Below, piece after piece: positions 14,595-29,299 of a stretch of DNA of 64,000 nt. The translations under genes and the position numbers were made by a program. The stretch is taken from positions 32,550,001-32,614,000 of the forward strand of contig OX597820.1 of NCBI GenBank assembly GCA_951406725.2. Direction: 5' to 3'. The stretch is from Octopus vulgaris. Lineage: Eukaryota. The notes beneath the pieces were generated by a model. That model saw only the letters and a list, made by a program, of their open reading frames with translations, had not been told where the DNA came from and did not search any database. The stretch's first letter is position 1, and every line of letters begins with the position of its first letter.

Positions 14595-14954
14595 TATACA
14601 TCTTATACAGTGTGTCCCAAAAGTTACTGATGGGTTTCATATTTCTTTGCGGGGTCAGCAGAAATTTGTACAGCTTGGCTGGAATTATCACCTGACCATG
14701 CAGCTTCCAATTACCCCTTATTTCGATTCATACAATATGGGAAGAACTTCAATTATTTGGAAGACCGTAAAAAAGCACTTAGACTAGAACGAGAAAGATA
14801 TCATGTTCTGGGGAGATGGAATTATGAAGCTGACTAAAAGATGATAAACGTTAGTGGAACAAAATATGACATCGTTAAATATAGGTATGTAGAAATATTT
14901 GAATATTGATTTTGAATTTATTTAAATAAAAGATAAAATTTAGATAAAACTTAG

Positions 14955-15192
14955 ATATGTTTCGACCAAAGATTGGTCCAGGCCATGTCTAACTTAATAG
15001 TACCACCTGATCGGATTATCTAAATCCTTTGTAAGTTTTGTGGTATTATGGTCCATTCAAGTAGTGAGTTCTTGTTGAGTGAATTGTATCCAGATACGGG
15101 TGGCTTGTCTGATATTCCTTGAAGAAATCTATCCAGACTACGTTTAAACGTGACAGGATCCTTTTCCTCTTTGATCAGTTTATTTTATTCCG
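14955..15192 (-). mobile_element. 3' end of the same CR1-group LINE family as 8650-9125
   Basis: Minus strand EKDPVTFKRSLDRFLQGISDKPPVSGYNSLNKNSLLEW, and the same 3' UTR motif (caggtggt.ctattaagttagacatggcctgg). Confidence 0.85.
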
Positions 15193-15250
15193 ACCCAACA
15201 CACACACACACACGCACACATATACAAACACATACACACAAATATATATA

Positions 15251-16062
15251 CGTCGTCTGATCAATAAGTATCCGGACTGTTGCCTACTAACAACGTTAAA
15301 GCACACAGAGCAAAAGCGCTTGGCACAGATTGATCTTGAACACTGCTGTGCATGCGCACTAAGTTTTAAAGTTCTAGCTCACTTCCAATGTTTACAGAAG
15401 TGCTTGGAAGGAAGGTGTGTGGCGGGTGATAGTCGCGTTGATCATGACAGAGAAAGTTGAGCACAAAATTTGCATCAAATTTTGCCAAATGCTTGACGAT
15501 TTCTGCTCAGAGGCCTATGCAAAGTTTTCAAAAACTTTTCCTCGTTCTCGACGCATTCAAGAAGATTTGGTACAACTGAAACCGAAGTGTCCTTTTGGTA
15601 AGCTGAAAGCAGTTTTGGCACAAACTTGTCAGACATGTGTCTTATACCCAAATCTTGAGTGATAATGGACTGAACTGAACCGTAACTAATCGACACATCT
15701 GATAACTCACGGATGGTGATTCGACGATTTCCCTTCACAGATGCACGCACATCTGTAATGTTTTTCTCAGTTCTGCTGATTGCGGGTCTCCTAGAATGTT
15801 CGTCAATATCGACATACTTTCGGCCATCTTGGAAACGTCTGACCCACTCATACACTTATGTGCGTCTCATACACTTTCTGCAACTTTGCGTAGGCTACTG
15901 AGAAGGTATCGCCATGACAGCTTTCTCTGTCATGGTCAATGCGACAATCACACACTACACACAATCCTTCAAAGCACTGCTGTGAACAACTAAAGTGAGC
16001 TAGAACGTTAAAACTTAATGCGCATGAACAACAATGTTCAAGGACTTTTCCAAGCGGCTTTA
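15251..16062 (-). mobile_element. mariner derivative built from two left ends in inverted orientation
   Basis: TA-cgtcgtctgatcaataagtatccggact TIR; plus strand MTEKVEHKICIKFC; minus strand YEWVRRFQDGR..NRRITIRELS..KFVPKLL. Confidence 0.85.
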
Positions 16063-16217
16063 TTTTAGGAAAATAAAAATAAAAAATGAGCGGAAATTTT
16101 ACCGGTGAATGTGTTAAACAAAAAGAAAATAACTCTCCCTAAACACAACAGAATATACTTCAACACACGAACTCACATAAAGAATCTTGCAAACCAAATC
16201 CAAAAACGAAATATATA

Positions 16218-16255
<38 letters not shown>

Positions 16256-16385
16256 ATGTATATATGTATGTGTGTGTATAGAAAAAGAGATAGATAGATA
16301 GAGAGGGAGGGAGGGAGAGAAGAAATGTATTCCCACGCGGGAAAAAATATAGGAGAGTTGGTTTGATCGTTGAAATTGCACCTCA

Positions 16386-18265
16386 GTCATAAAACGAATC
16401 ATAATTTTTAAATTCTGTTACAAATTTGAAATACCAAACCGGTTTTCACAATCTAATGTTTTTCAATTTTATGTGACCACAGAATGAAACAATCGTCCAG
16501 GTAGAATTTCTAGTTGGCGAGTAAGTATTTATGGAAATTATCGCCAAATTTTAGTTTGAGGTGTTCTTATATTTAGACTTCTAGATATTCCATGGCAAGA
16601 TTAGAAAAAGTTGAGATTACTCTCGTTCCCATCGCAGTCCCAGGTATTTCTCTGTAGGTGTTGTCGTTGAAGTTAAAAAAGTTATTTCTAAGGACGAATT
16701 TTAATCCTTCATTGACAAATCCTTCCACGATTCGGTCAGTTATGTCATTGGAAAATTTTACCAGTTAGAATTATATAGTTTCTATTCCGTATTCGTGTGA
16801 AATCGATGTGTAGAAAGTTATTGCATCGAATGAGACGGAAACGGAGTGTGTGCTGGTTTTGCTCGAGTGATGGTTTAGAAAGTCCAATTCATTTCTTATG
16901 AAGGTCGGTTATATGTTAAAGAATGGACTTCAGAAGATCGTCCATGAAGCTACGCTTTTTATGTATCTCAAAGGACAGACCTTCCACAATGGGTCTCGTT
17001 TTGAGATCTCTGAGATGAGGCATATTCTTTTCTACTCTAGGCAGAAGGCCCAAAATTTTGTGGGGAGGGGGCCAGTCGATTAGATCGACCTCAGTATGCA
17101 GCAGATACTTAATTTATCGACCCCGGAAGGATGAAAGACAAAGTCGACCTCGGCGTAATTTGAACGCAGAACGTAAAGACATACGAAATACCACTGAGCA
17201 TTTCGTCCGGCGTGCCAACGATTCTGCCAGCTCGCGGCCTTGTGGCATATTAACAACTAATGGGGTTGATCTGCCACAAGCTTCATTTATGGCTTCACTC
17301 TTGTGGATTTTGAAAGTTCGTAAAAGTTGCTGGTTTTGAAGTCAAATCTTGTTAAGTAAGTCTTTTCCTTTCCCACTTATTCCTTTTGGAATTGTTAGAT
17401 GAGGGTAGTGAATTTTTTCATCATTTTGGGTTATTGGTAATTCTTAGATTTTTCATAAGTATTGTCATGAAGGCGATCTAGTCTAGTGTTTATGTATTAT
17501 TTCGAATCAATAATAACTACAGCATCAACTTCTTTAATATCTACATTTTGATCGTTCTTGAGATCATTAATGATTTCCCATTCTTCTCAGCTTACATTTA
17601 GTTTAAATTTCGGATGTGCTAGTAAACTATAAGGGAAATTGGTTACGAAATCTCAAAATTTGTCAAGAATTTGGTTCCTCTCATCTATTGGACTGTAGTT
17701 ACTTTTATTAGGAAGCATTGGGTGATCATTGATTTCTTTGTGAAATAATTCTACATTCCTACAAAATTCCTGAATAGCGTTAATTTATTTTGGAATTTTG
17801 TGGTGTTGCGCTAAATTTTAGTCCTTTGAGAGGATTTTAATTTGTTTCGTTGACAGGACTTTTTTATGTGAGAGATTTATAGTGCCATCGAGTTTCTAGG
17901 TTTTCGTCTACTATGTCTCAAAAATAGACATCGGTTTTTGATTCATCGAATTAGTGTTCCCGTACAAGCATGATCTATTGTAGATTCTTATCTGTGGCCG
18001 GCCCAGTGTCTAGTTGTCATAATGGCTATAATTTATGGTTTGAAGTATCAATTGTCTTCGGTTCTGTCTGAAATAGTCATTATGGTTAAAGTCTCTCGTG
18101 TGTAATGTCAGTTAGTGACCTCGATTTGGGGAGATGTTGCATCTCGTACGAGAGATGTTCTTGTTTCTTTTATTTGGCATTAAAAAGCCAAAAACTGTCG
18201 AAACCAGTTTGGTATTTTAATAAATTTGTTACAAAATTTAAAAACTATGACACGATTTAAACTAC
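16386..18265 (-). pseudogene. Decayed Penelope-like element reverse transcriptase
   Basis: Manual minus-strand translation gives NFY..KIHK (~17300), SFDAITFYTSI (~16830), NNFFNFNDNTYREIPGTAMGT (16624-16690) and FYLDDCFILW (16492-16503), with stops and frameshifts; putative ATG at 18180. Confidence 0.88.
17027..17242 (-). mobile_element. SINE family B nested in the PLE RT
   Basis: Family B sequence flanked by a ggcatatt direct repeat. Confidence 0.9.
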
Positions 18266-18289
18266 AAAAAAACTAAGGCTCTCCCCCTC

Positions 18290-18335
<46 letters not shown>

Positions 18336-18375
18336 AATCTATCTATCTATATCTATCTTTTTATCTATCTATCTA

Positions 18376-18422
<47 letters not shown>

Positions 18423-18499
18423 TTATATATATATATATATATATATGTATAATGAAATTGAATAATTGAACATTAAAAATAACAGTAACAAAGAACAAG

Positions 18500-18700
18500 A
18501 GGACGTGCACATGGAATCTATTAGCATGACAACAATCCCAATGTACTCAACCGGTAGTTATTTTATCGATCCGAAGAATGATGGACAAGGTCAATCTCGG
18601 GGGAAATTTGAACTGTGAACGTAAAGACGGACGAAATGCCGTTAAGCGGTATCGGTATCGTTAAGCGGCGCGGTATCGATTCTACCAGCTTACCGCCTTC
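18500..18700 (-). mobile_element. Diverged SINE family B
   Basis: ttttatcgatccgaagaatg...aaatttgaactgtgaacgtaaagacggacgaaatgcc. Confidence 0.7.
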
Positions 18701-19636
18701 TTTTGAAATGAAACTGGCTTCCACTGTAAATCGAAACAGGAACCGCGGCGCTATAATAGCAAGGATATTATTAGTGCTGGTGCCTCTGGTTCGGAGGGGA
18801 TAGTTCATCCTTTTGCTCTTCTGGTTCCCGTTCATAATTATTAATGGGAAAAAATATCTATCGTTTATATTACAGAATGGAAAGTTCAAATCCAGTATTT
18901 TTTTAATGAGCTGACTCGTTCTCGGAGGAATTACTCCGATGCATGTTTACATGGCACGAAGGTCGGATTAAAAAATAAAACTTTAGAATGACTCAAAAGA
19001 TAAAAGAAAGATGATAAAGAATGAGCTGGAAATGCGATCTCTTCATGAAATACTAAATACTTTAGTATTTACCAGTATTTACTAAATACTAAAAGTTAAC
19101 TGAGCGATTAAAGGCTTTTAGCGATATTACATAATTAAAAATGTGATAAAGCCACACAAGGATTATTGGGTACGGTTGAATATTCCCTCATCAATAGCGG
19201 TAGTTGTGGTGTGGCCGTTGTTGTTGTTGTTGTTGTAGTTGTCGGTGGTGGTGGTGGTGCTGCTGCTGCTGCTGTTGCTGTTGCTGGTAATGATGGTAGT
19301 CGATTGCTGATTGAAACAAAGGAGTTATGTCCCCAAAGGCACGGGCATGGCTACATGGTCAAGAAGCTCGCTTTCATAACCATGTGGCTGGTTGTTTTGG
19401 ATTCGGATTCGGTTCCACCGCGCTGCGCAGCACTCTGGGCAAATATTTTCAACTACAAGCCCCCCCCCCCCCACCCGCTCCGGGTTGACTAATGCCTGTT
19501 GAGAAAATTTATACGAAGGTGTACAATATTTTGTCTGACGCCGTACGTAATCAGTTTAAGTTTTGATATTGATTTACAAAAACAAACGAAGATGCGTTTC
19601 AGAGTCAATTCAGGGTGGTCTTCTTTTGAGATACCC

Positions 19637-19675
19637 GGTGCTGATGATAGCTAAAAATCTAGAAATGCATTCATC
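19637..19675 (+). ncRNA. Minimal type I hammerhead ribozyme candidate
   Basis: ggtg-CTGATGA-tag(ctaaaaat)cta-GAAA-tgca-T-T-catc; palindromic helix III ATGCAT; helix I can extend through cccgg/ccggg. Confidence 0.6.
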
Positions 19676-19819
19676 ACACTCGCCGGGGATGTCTTGAAAT
19701 GATAGTTCGTATTTTTCAACACCTGTCTGTCTGTATGCATGTGTGTATGCATATATATATATATATATATATATAAATGAATGTTTTTATATATAATGAA
19801 CGTGATATATATATATAAT

Positions 19820-20520
19820 AAATATATGGAATAAGAACGTAACAGACGACAATAAAAACATACGGACAGATAGACGATACAAAGATGAACAGGAAAAAGC
19901 AAAGATGGATCATTCGTGGCCTGCTATTCATCAGTCAAGTTTCCAAATTATCTATTCAGTTTCGGTCTGTTACATTTGAGACTACTCAAAATTAGCTGGA
20001 CCCAAAAGTCTAAGCTAAGAGCATCAAATTTTTAGAAAAAAGTAAGCGAATCAGTACGACAACACAGAAAAAATAAAAACGAGAAAACGGAGAAAATATT
20101 ACACGATTACGAATACAAACAACAAGAGCATAACGACATGTTTTTTTCGCCTCATAAGGACGAATCAAGTTGAGCTGGCGTGTGGAGTGAAAGCCTTGAG
20201 GCACAAACATAGAACAGGTGCTGTACGGGTGGCGGTCAGACTAAGAAAGAGAGATCAGGCCTGGCCGAACTGCGGTCACATGGAAGGAAAAGAGAGAGGT
20301 TGGGGGCAGAAGGATTGAAGGATTAGGGAAGGAACTAGAGAGAAGGGACAGAGGAAAAGGTACAAGGGAGATATAACGAAGGAAAGTAGAGAGATTAAAA
20401 AAAGAAAATGCCAAGAAATGTGAGGGAGGGGAAGCGAGAAAAAGAAAGAAAGAAAAAAAGAAGAAAGTATGAGGGGGATTAAAAGAAGGAGGAGCAGGAA
20501 AAACCAAGGACGGATTTTAT
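19820..20520 (-). mobile_element. Non-coding interspersed repeat, possibly PLE-terminal
   Basis: 19830-20030 is homologous to 38765-38990 (cggacagatagac..caaag, catcag.caagt, gttaca.ttgaga, gctaagagcat). Confidence 0.5.
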
Positions 20521-20699
20521 GAATGTGTTCTATTTGGCAATTCCAAGCAATGCATTCAGAGCAATTCCTACTTTGCACAGATTCTGACATTGTAGTCATG
20601 TTCTATCCTCGATGGAGAGGTTACAAAATTTGGCAGAGTGCTGTCAGATACTGGTAGATGGTCGCCGTCACGAGAATCTGTAACCACCACCACCACCAC

Positions 20700-22234
<1,535 letters not shown>

Positions 22235-23401
22235 AATTTTGTGATTGCCCTTTGAGGTGCTTCAACTTTTATGATACCTTGTATTGTGTGGGGAGACCAC
22301 AGGACAACAGTATTGTGGGGTGAAAGTGAGAAGAAGGATAATGTGTGGATATCTCTCGACTGGAAAGTTCTGGAATCAGGACATTTCCATGTCAACTTTC
22401 CGGTCACTCGCCTCATTTATGACCTTCTGTAGCTTGAGTCATCTGCAAAGATTTTATGTTGCTGTGCTTGATGATGTCATTAATGTCATTAATGTAAATG
22501 ATGAAAGAAGTGGGCCAGCACAGTGCCTTGCGAACGCCACTATTGACTTTGGCTGATTTTCCCTTCAACTACAACATGTTGAGATCTGTCTGTCAGAAAC
22601 ACTTGATCCATTTCAGTAACTTTCCAGAGACACCAATGTTGGATAGTTTTTCAATAGGATCTTGTGATCGGCTGTCGAGCCTTACTGAAATCAGAGATGA
22701 CATCGGTTTGCCTCTCCCAAACTCTCAAAATGTCCTCAAAGTGATGCAGGAGCTGCGTTAGGAGTCCCTTCCATTACGGAACCCATGTTGGTTGGAGATC
22801 AGCCGTCTGTTGCTTTCCAGAAATTGTTATCGAGATCTCACCACCCTCTCAAATACCTTGATGATGAGAGGTGAGTGAGATGGACGGTAATTCACTGCAA
22901 GGGACTTGTTTCCTTTTGAAAACTGGGACAACAGACTGGAAGAAGGTTTTTGGAATATAGCCAGCATCAGTGAGTTTCTCCACAGATTAGCAAGGAGATG
23001 CAAGTTGGTGTCGACACACCTTCAGGACGGGGAACCTATCGGGCCTACTGCTGAATTGTGTTTTATTTCGTTTATCGCCGCTAAGACATCAGGGGCACTA
23101 AACGTTATGTTCGATATAGTGTTGGGGTTGACATCACTGATACAGCCCAGATCGGCCATATCAGGATTGCTGAAAACAGAGCAGTATTGTTTCTGCAGTA
23201 TCTCGGCCATGGATTTGGCATTATCTTGAGAGTGCAGTTTCGTCAATTAGAGGGCCTACAGTGGAGACAGTGACCCTGCGTTTCCTCGCAAATGAAAAGA
23301 ACACTTTGGGGTTGAGTTTGATTTTTCAATGGCCCACTTCTCCTCAGCTGATCTTTGGTTATTGATGAGGGTCTTCATGCATTGTTGGAGGTTATATTTT
23401 T

Positions 23402-23403
<2 letters not shown>
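22235..23403 (-). mobile_element. Second fragment of the same LINE family, opposite orientation
   Basis: Minus strand MAEILQKQYCSVFSNP, IKLNPKVFFSFA, NQHGFR, LWSPHTIQGIIKVEAPQRAITKL; many indels. Confidence 0.88.
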
Positions 23404-23447
<44 letters not shown>

Positions 23448-23602
23448 CGGGAAGCTTTATGAAAATAGACAAAAGAGAAGGCAGGTGGAAAACAAATGAA
23501 CAATTGTATATATATAATCGGCTATATTTACATACCGAATTCTACCAGTAAATAATTGTGGCTTTTAAAAACCTTATAGAAATTATTTACCCTTATCATT
23601 AT

Positions 23603-23652
<50 letters not shown>

Positions 23653-23737
23653 AATAATAAATATTAGGGAATGAATCCAAAATTACAGGGAAAAATCAGA
23701 TTTAGGGTTAAATCCAATCTATAGTAAAATATTATAT

Positions 23738-23871
23738 AATATAATTAGACAAAACCACTATTTAAAACCAAAAAGGAAAGACTTAATAATAAAAAATTTA
23801 ATATAAATTAAATAAATTTAATTTATATTAAAATTTTATGTATTGATTAAGTCTCTTTTGTAAAATGTGGT

Positions 23872-23880
<9 letters not shown>
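23738..23880. repeat. Imperfect AT-rich foldback within (TA)n
   Basis: aaaaccac..aaagacttaat..tttaatataaattaaat / atttaatttatattaaa..attaagtct..gtggtttt. Confidence 0.65.
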
Positions 23881-23917
<37 letters not shown>

Positions 23918-24186
23918 TCCTACGACCGCGAGTCCATTGCCCTAACCACTAGGCCATTGCGCCTCCACACACACACGCACACCTATATATATATACATAT
24001 ATATATTTATAAAATGAGATAGGGGTTGTAAATTCAACCCTCCATGGGATAACATATATCCAATATACTGCTAGAGAAGTACCCAACAAAGCTAATACAT
24101 AAATGTTAAAAATTGCGATGCAATTAATTCATTTACTGTATTATGTGGGCAAAGGTAAAATTATTTTTACCGTAAATTAATAATAG

Positions 24187-24469
24187 AAAATGAGAAAATG
24201 GAGAAATATATCTAAATCAATCATCAACTATCAGATAATACCGGATGTCCGCTTGCATTGGATGGTACCGTGGTGGTGATATTAACTTTATTGACTTTTT
24301 GTGAAATGACACATTTTAATATATTGGACTGTTTAATATATATGCCTGCTTTGAGTGTGAATGTGTCTGTTGTGGTTTCTTGATGTTGGTTGAGGAGCTG
24401 TGGAGTTCAATATGGAACATTATTGTGTTTGTTGATGTATATTGATCTATATTGTTTATATTGTATTAT

Positions 24470-24541
<72 letters not shown>

Positions 24542-24881
24542 AGTATATGAGTGTGTATGCACACATATTTATATTTATATGTAAATTATTTAGGATTTGT
24601 ACTCATACTTGCATTAAAATCTCTGAAGAGGCCGTGAGATATTCTTGTTAATGTCTCATTTATACCTGCTTAATATGGCTAATAGGTTAAATGAGACATA
24701 CCTGTCTTCATGGCCGAAACAGCTGTCAGCTACAATGTAAATGTATTTTATGTCTTGTTATATTTGCACTATATTAATGTATAATATCATTGCTATTGTG
24801 TAGTGTTTTAATAAAGTATTGATTCGGTATTATCTGATAGTTGATGATTGATTTAGATATATTTCTCCATTTTCTCATTTT
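24187..24881 (+). mobile_element. Non-autonomous element with 57-bp inverted ends enclosing a hammerhead
   Basis: 24187-24243 is the exact reverse complement of 24825-24881. Confidence 0.8.
24609..24740 (+). ncRNA. Type I hammerhead ribozyme with a large helix II insertion
   Basis: ct-CTGAAGA(24623-24629)-ggccgtga...tcatggcc-GAAA(24716-24719)-cagctg-TC-ag; canonical core, GUC triplet, palindromic helix III. Confidence 0.8.
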
Positions 24882-24893
24882 ATATACATATGT

Positions 24894-24954
<61 letters not shown>

Positions 24955-24972
24955 TATATTATGTATATATAT

Positions 24973-25018
<46 letters not shown>

Positions 25019-25056
25019 CATGTATATATATGTATGTATATATATATATATATGTA

Positions 25057-25116
<60 letters not shown>

Positions 25117-25607
25117 TATGTATATATATATACATATATATATACCGAAAAGAGAAGAAAATATTGGCTATGAGCTGTTATCAGAGCAGACAACAGCTAT
25201 AAGAATAAAATGAATAAAAAATAGAAAAAAAAATGAAATAAAACAATAACAGTTCCAGACTGCTGGAATGAGGTAAGAAAACAGCAACAACAACAACAAC
25301 AACACCAACACCAAAAACATCATTACCAACCGACAACGGTAAAGTATAATATAAATAAGACACCTGGAGTTGATTGCCATGTTTGGCAAAATGATAGTGT
25401 TGTTTCGATAGATACCTTTGTATATACACACAGAGAAAAAAAAAGGAAAAGAAAACGAAAAAGAAAATAACAAACTAACTGCACTCAAGAACTGCCGCTT
25501 AACCAATTGCTTAATATACGGGTTCCTTTTGTAATTAGATTTATTAAGATTCGGAATGCTTCCGGATTTCCTCTTGTCTGTATAGAAGTTACTCTCTTTT
25601 CTCCCTC

Positions 25608-25647
<40 letters not shown>

Positions 25648-25651
25648 TTTC

Positions 25652-25689
<38 letters not shown>

Positions 25690-25748
25690 ATCTCTCTCTC
25701 ACACTCTCTCTGTCTCTTTCTGAAACACACTTGCTTTTACACTCTCCG

Positions 25749-25829
<81 letters not shown>

Positions 25830-25842
25830 GTCTATCTCTCTC

Positions 25843-25905
<63 letters not shown>

Positions 25906-26020
25906 GTCTGTCTATCTATGGTGTGTGTGAGTGTGTGTGTATGTATATATGTCTCTCAAAATATCACACATTCACACATACACACGTGCGTAAAGTACGT
26001 GTGTTTGTATTTCTATACAA

Positions 26021-26055
<35 letters not shown>

Positions 26056-26282
26056 GCACTTCTATATATATATATATACATGCACTTCTATATATAAATA
26101 TATATATATACGCATGGGTATATGCATATCTGTTTACGCTTTAAATCTTTTCTATATCTGTCGATCTATCTACCTGGGCCTCGGTCCCTCTCTGACTTTC
26201 TCCTTTTCTCTCATTCTATGCATGTAAATATGCACATTCATTCACTCACACGAACGCACACACACACACATACACACACACT

Positions 26283-26352
<70 letters not shown>

Positions 26353-26804
26353 GATATATCATCCTTTCTCCCTCTCTACCTCTAGATCTTCACCATTATC
26401 GGTTGGCACAATATTCTTATTTTACCAGTTTCATCAACTGCTTCCAATTTTTTTATAGAAACAGCTTCTTCACTTCATTAAAAGCTGTATAGGAACCAGA
26501 CACGCTTTGTGTGCGGGGGAGGGTGTGTGTGTGTATGCGTGTGTATATCTTTGAGTGTGATGGTACCTGTAATTACGTGTGTGTATGTTTGTGTACGAGT
26601 GTCTAAGAACGTTCGTGTGTTTGTGCGCCTGCATGTATGTGTACTTCGGTATATCTAGGTTTGTGTTTATGTGCCTTTAGGTGTGAACGATTGTGTGTGT
26701 GTGTGAGAGAGAGAGAGTAGGTATGTGTGAATGTGCGCGTGTGTATGCGAGTCAATGGTAAATTACTGCTGATAGCACCAGTGAATAAGGATCTACCATA
26801 GTCA

Positions 26805-27350
26805 TTCTTTTCAACGATAGATACAAGGCCTGAAATTTTGGGGAAGGAAGCCGGTCGATTAGATCGAGCCCAGTGCGTAACTGGTACTTAATTTATCGAC
26901 CCCGAAAGGATGAAAGGCAAAGTCGACCTCGACGGATTTTGAACTCAGAACGTAAAGACAGACGAAATACCACTAAGCATTTTGTCCGGCGTGCTAAAGT
27001 TTCTTATTTCTTTATGGCCCACAAGGAGCTGAACTTAGAGGGGACAAACAAGGACAGACGAAGGGATTAAGTCGATTATATCGACCCCAGTGCATAACTG
27101 GTACTTAATTTATCGACCCCGAAAGGACGAAAGGCAAAGTCGACCTCGGCGGAATTGGAACTCAGAACGTAACGGCAGGCGAAATACCTATTTCTTTACA
27201 GCCCACAAGGGGCTACACACAAAGGGGACAAACGGATTAAGTCGATTATATCGATCCAGTGCGCAACTGGTACTTATTTAATCGACACCGAAAGGATGAA
27301 ATACCGCTAAGCATTTCGCCCGGCGTGCTAACGTTTCTGCCAGCTCGTCC
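26805..27350 (-). mobile_element. Head-to-tail multimer of SINE family B
   Basis: Three successive ctggtactta..atcgac cores. Confidence 0.85.
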
Positions 27351-27358
27351 TTTGTTCA

Positions 27359-27885
27359 CATCACTAATGTGCAAGGGTCTACAACAGTAATTTTCGTTAC
27401 TGACATCACCAGTGTGTAAGGATCTACAGCAGTAATTTTCGTTGCTAACATCAATAGTATGTGAAGATTTACAACAGTATCTTTTGTTGCTAACATCGCT
27501 GGTGTAAAAATATCTACACCAGTCACTCTCACTGCTGAACATCACTAGTGTGTGAGGACATACATCAGTTAATCTCATTGCCAAAATCACCAACGTGGAA
27601 GGACCTACAAGAATCCTTGTCATTGATGGACATCATTAGTGTATAAGGATTTACAACAGTCATTTCCATTGCTGAACGTCACCGGTATGTAAGGACATGC
27701 AGTATATAAGGACTTGTATTAGTGCATCAGCGTTCAGTGAAGAACAATCATACTCACTGACAAGCATCACAAACATGTAAGGAACTACGAGAGCTACTCT
27801 CATTGCTATCCTCATCAACGTGTAAGGACACACGTCAAGCATTCTCAAGGTTGAAAATGATCACCAGCCAATGTGTAAGAACCTC
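27359..27885. repeat. Degenerate 45/46-bp minisatellite
   Basis: Unit starts at 27359, 27404, 27449, 27494, 27540, 27585, 27631 and 27677; consensus approximately catcaccagtgtgtaaggatctacaacagtaattttcgttgctaa. Confidence 0.85.
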
Positions 27886-28282
27886 CCCTATTCCTCCCAA
27901 CCCAAACCAAGCCAAACCAAACTAAACCATGATATATATGTTTATATCATTACCATTTCCTCTCCGACATTTTATCCCAATTAGCAAGGTAAATATTAGT
28001 GACAGGTGATACTCCTTTGACTCTACGAATAGCAACAGCAGCAACAGCAACAACAGAGGTAGTTGTTGGGTTTTGTCTGATCTCTCCTCCTCGCTCTCCC
28101 TCTGTCTCCCCGCCTCTCTCTCTCTCCTCCTCCTCCATGCTCGCTGTGCATTGAGCTATCTAGTTACCTGGCTGCTTCCTCTAATTGTCTCTTTAACTCT
28201 ATATCAACTGACCTTTGGCAGGAAGTTTTAGGGAAGGGATGAAGAGGTGGCTGTGACACAATGTATGAACACACACACTGTA

Positions 28283-28350
<68 letters not shown>

Positions 28351-28475
28351 GTATATATACACATACACATACATACATACACACACACACATGTATATAT
28401 ATATACGTATGTATATGTATATATGTGTATATGCATATATATATGTGTACATATGTAAAAGTTTATATATGTATG

Positions 28476-28525
<50 letters not shown>

Positions 28526-29299
28526 AACACACATTCATGCACACACATATATATAAATGCATATATATATATTTAAACTCACATACACATACATATACAT
28601 GCATGAATATGTGTGTGTGTGTGTGTGTGTGCATAAACGTACATAGGCACACGCGTGTATGTTATTATGCGTGTGTATGCACTTATATATGTATATATAT
28701 ATAAGTGCATACACACGCACCAGACAATCAGTGCGCTGTGCTTGTATGTGTATCCATGTGTATATGTATATATATATATATGAATATATGTATGCATGTA
28801 TGTATGTATGTATGTATGTATGTATGGATGGATGGATGGATGGATGGATGGATGGATGGATGGATGGATGGATGGATGGATGGATGGATGGATGGATGTG
28901 TGTATGTATGTATACATGCATGCATGTCTGCTTGTATGCATGTATATGTACAGCACACATACAATACTATATGTGCGTGAACGCACGCTTTTGTGTGTGC
29001 GTGTCCGTCTGTCTGTCTGGTCGCATATATGTCTGTGAATATGTATCTATTTCTTACCACACCACCATACCACTCTCTCTCTCTCTCTCTCTCTCTCGCT
29101 CCTTCATACATATATCTTATCTCTCGCTGTCATCCTGTCTCCCTATTGTCTGTTCCCTCTGCTCCCCATCGGTACCCCTTCTGTCCACTTCTCTACACCC
29201 TCGACCAATAGATATCACAGTATAAACTAAGCTTCCATTTTGTAATATCCTCTCAGCGTGTGTATATGTATACATGTGAGTGCGTGTATGTGTGTGTGT

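Noticed and set aside
19915-19970. Minus-strand CGAAAC...CTGATGA (and its homologue at 38880-38920)
   Set aside because: No consistent helix II/III pairing, and the core differs in the homologue.
27246-27623. C2H2 zinc-finger array
   Set aside because: The period is 15 aa rather than 28, and there is no CxxC...HxxxH spacing.
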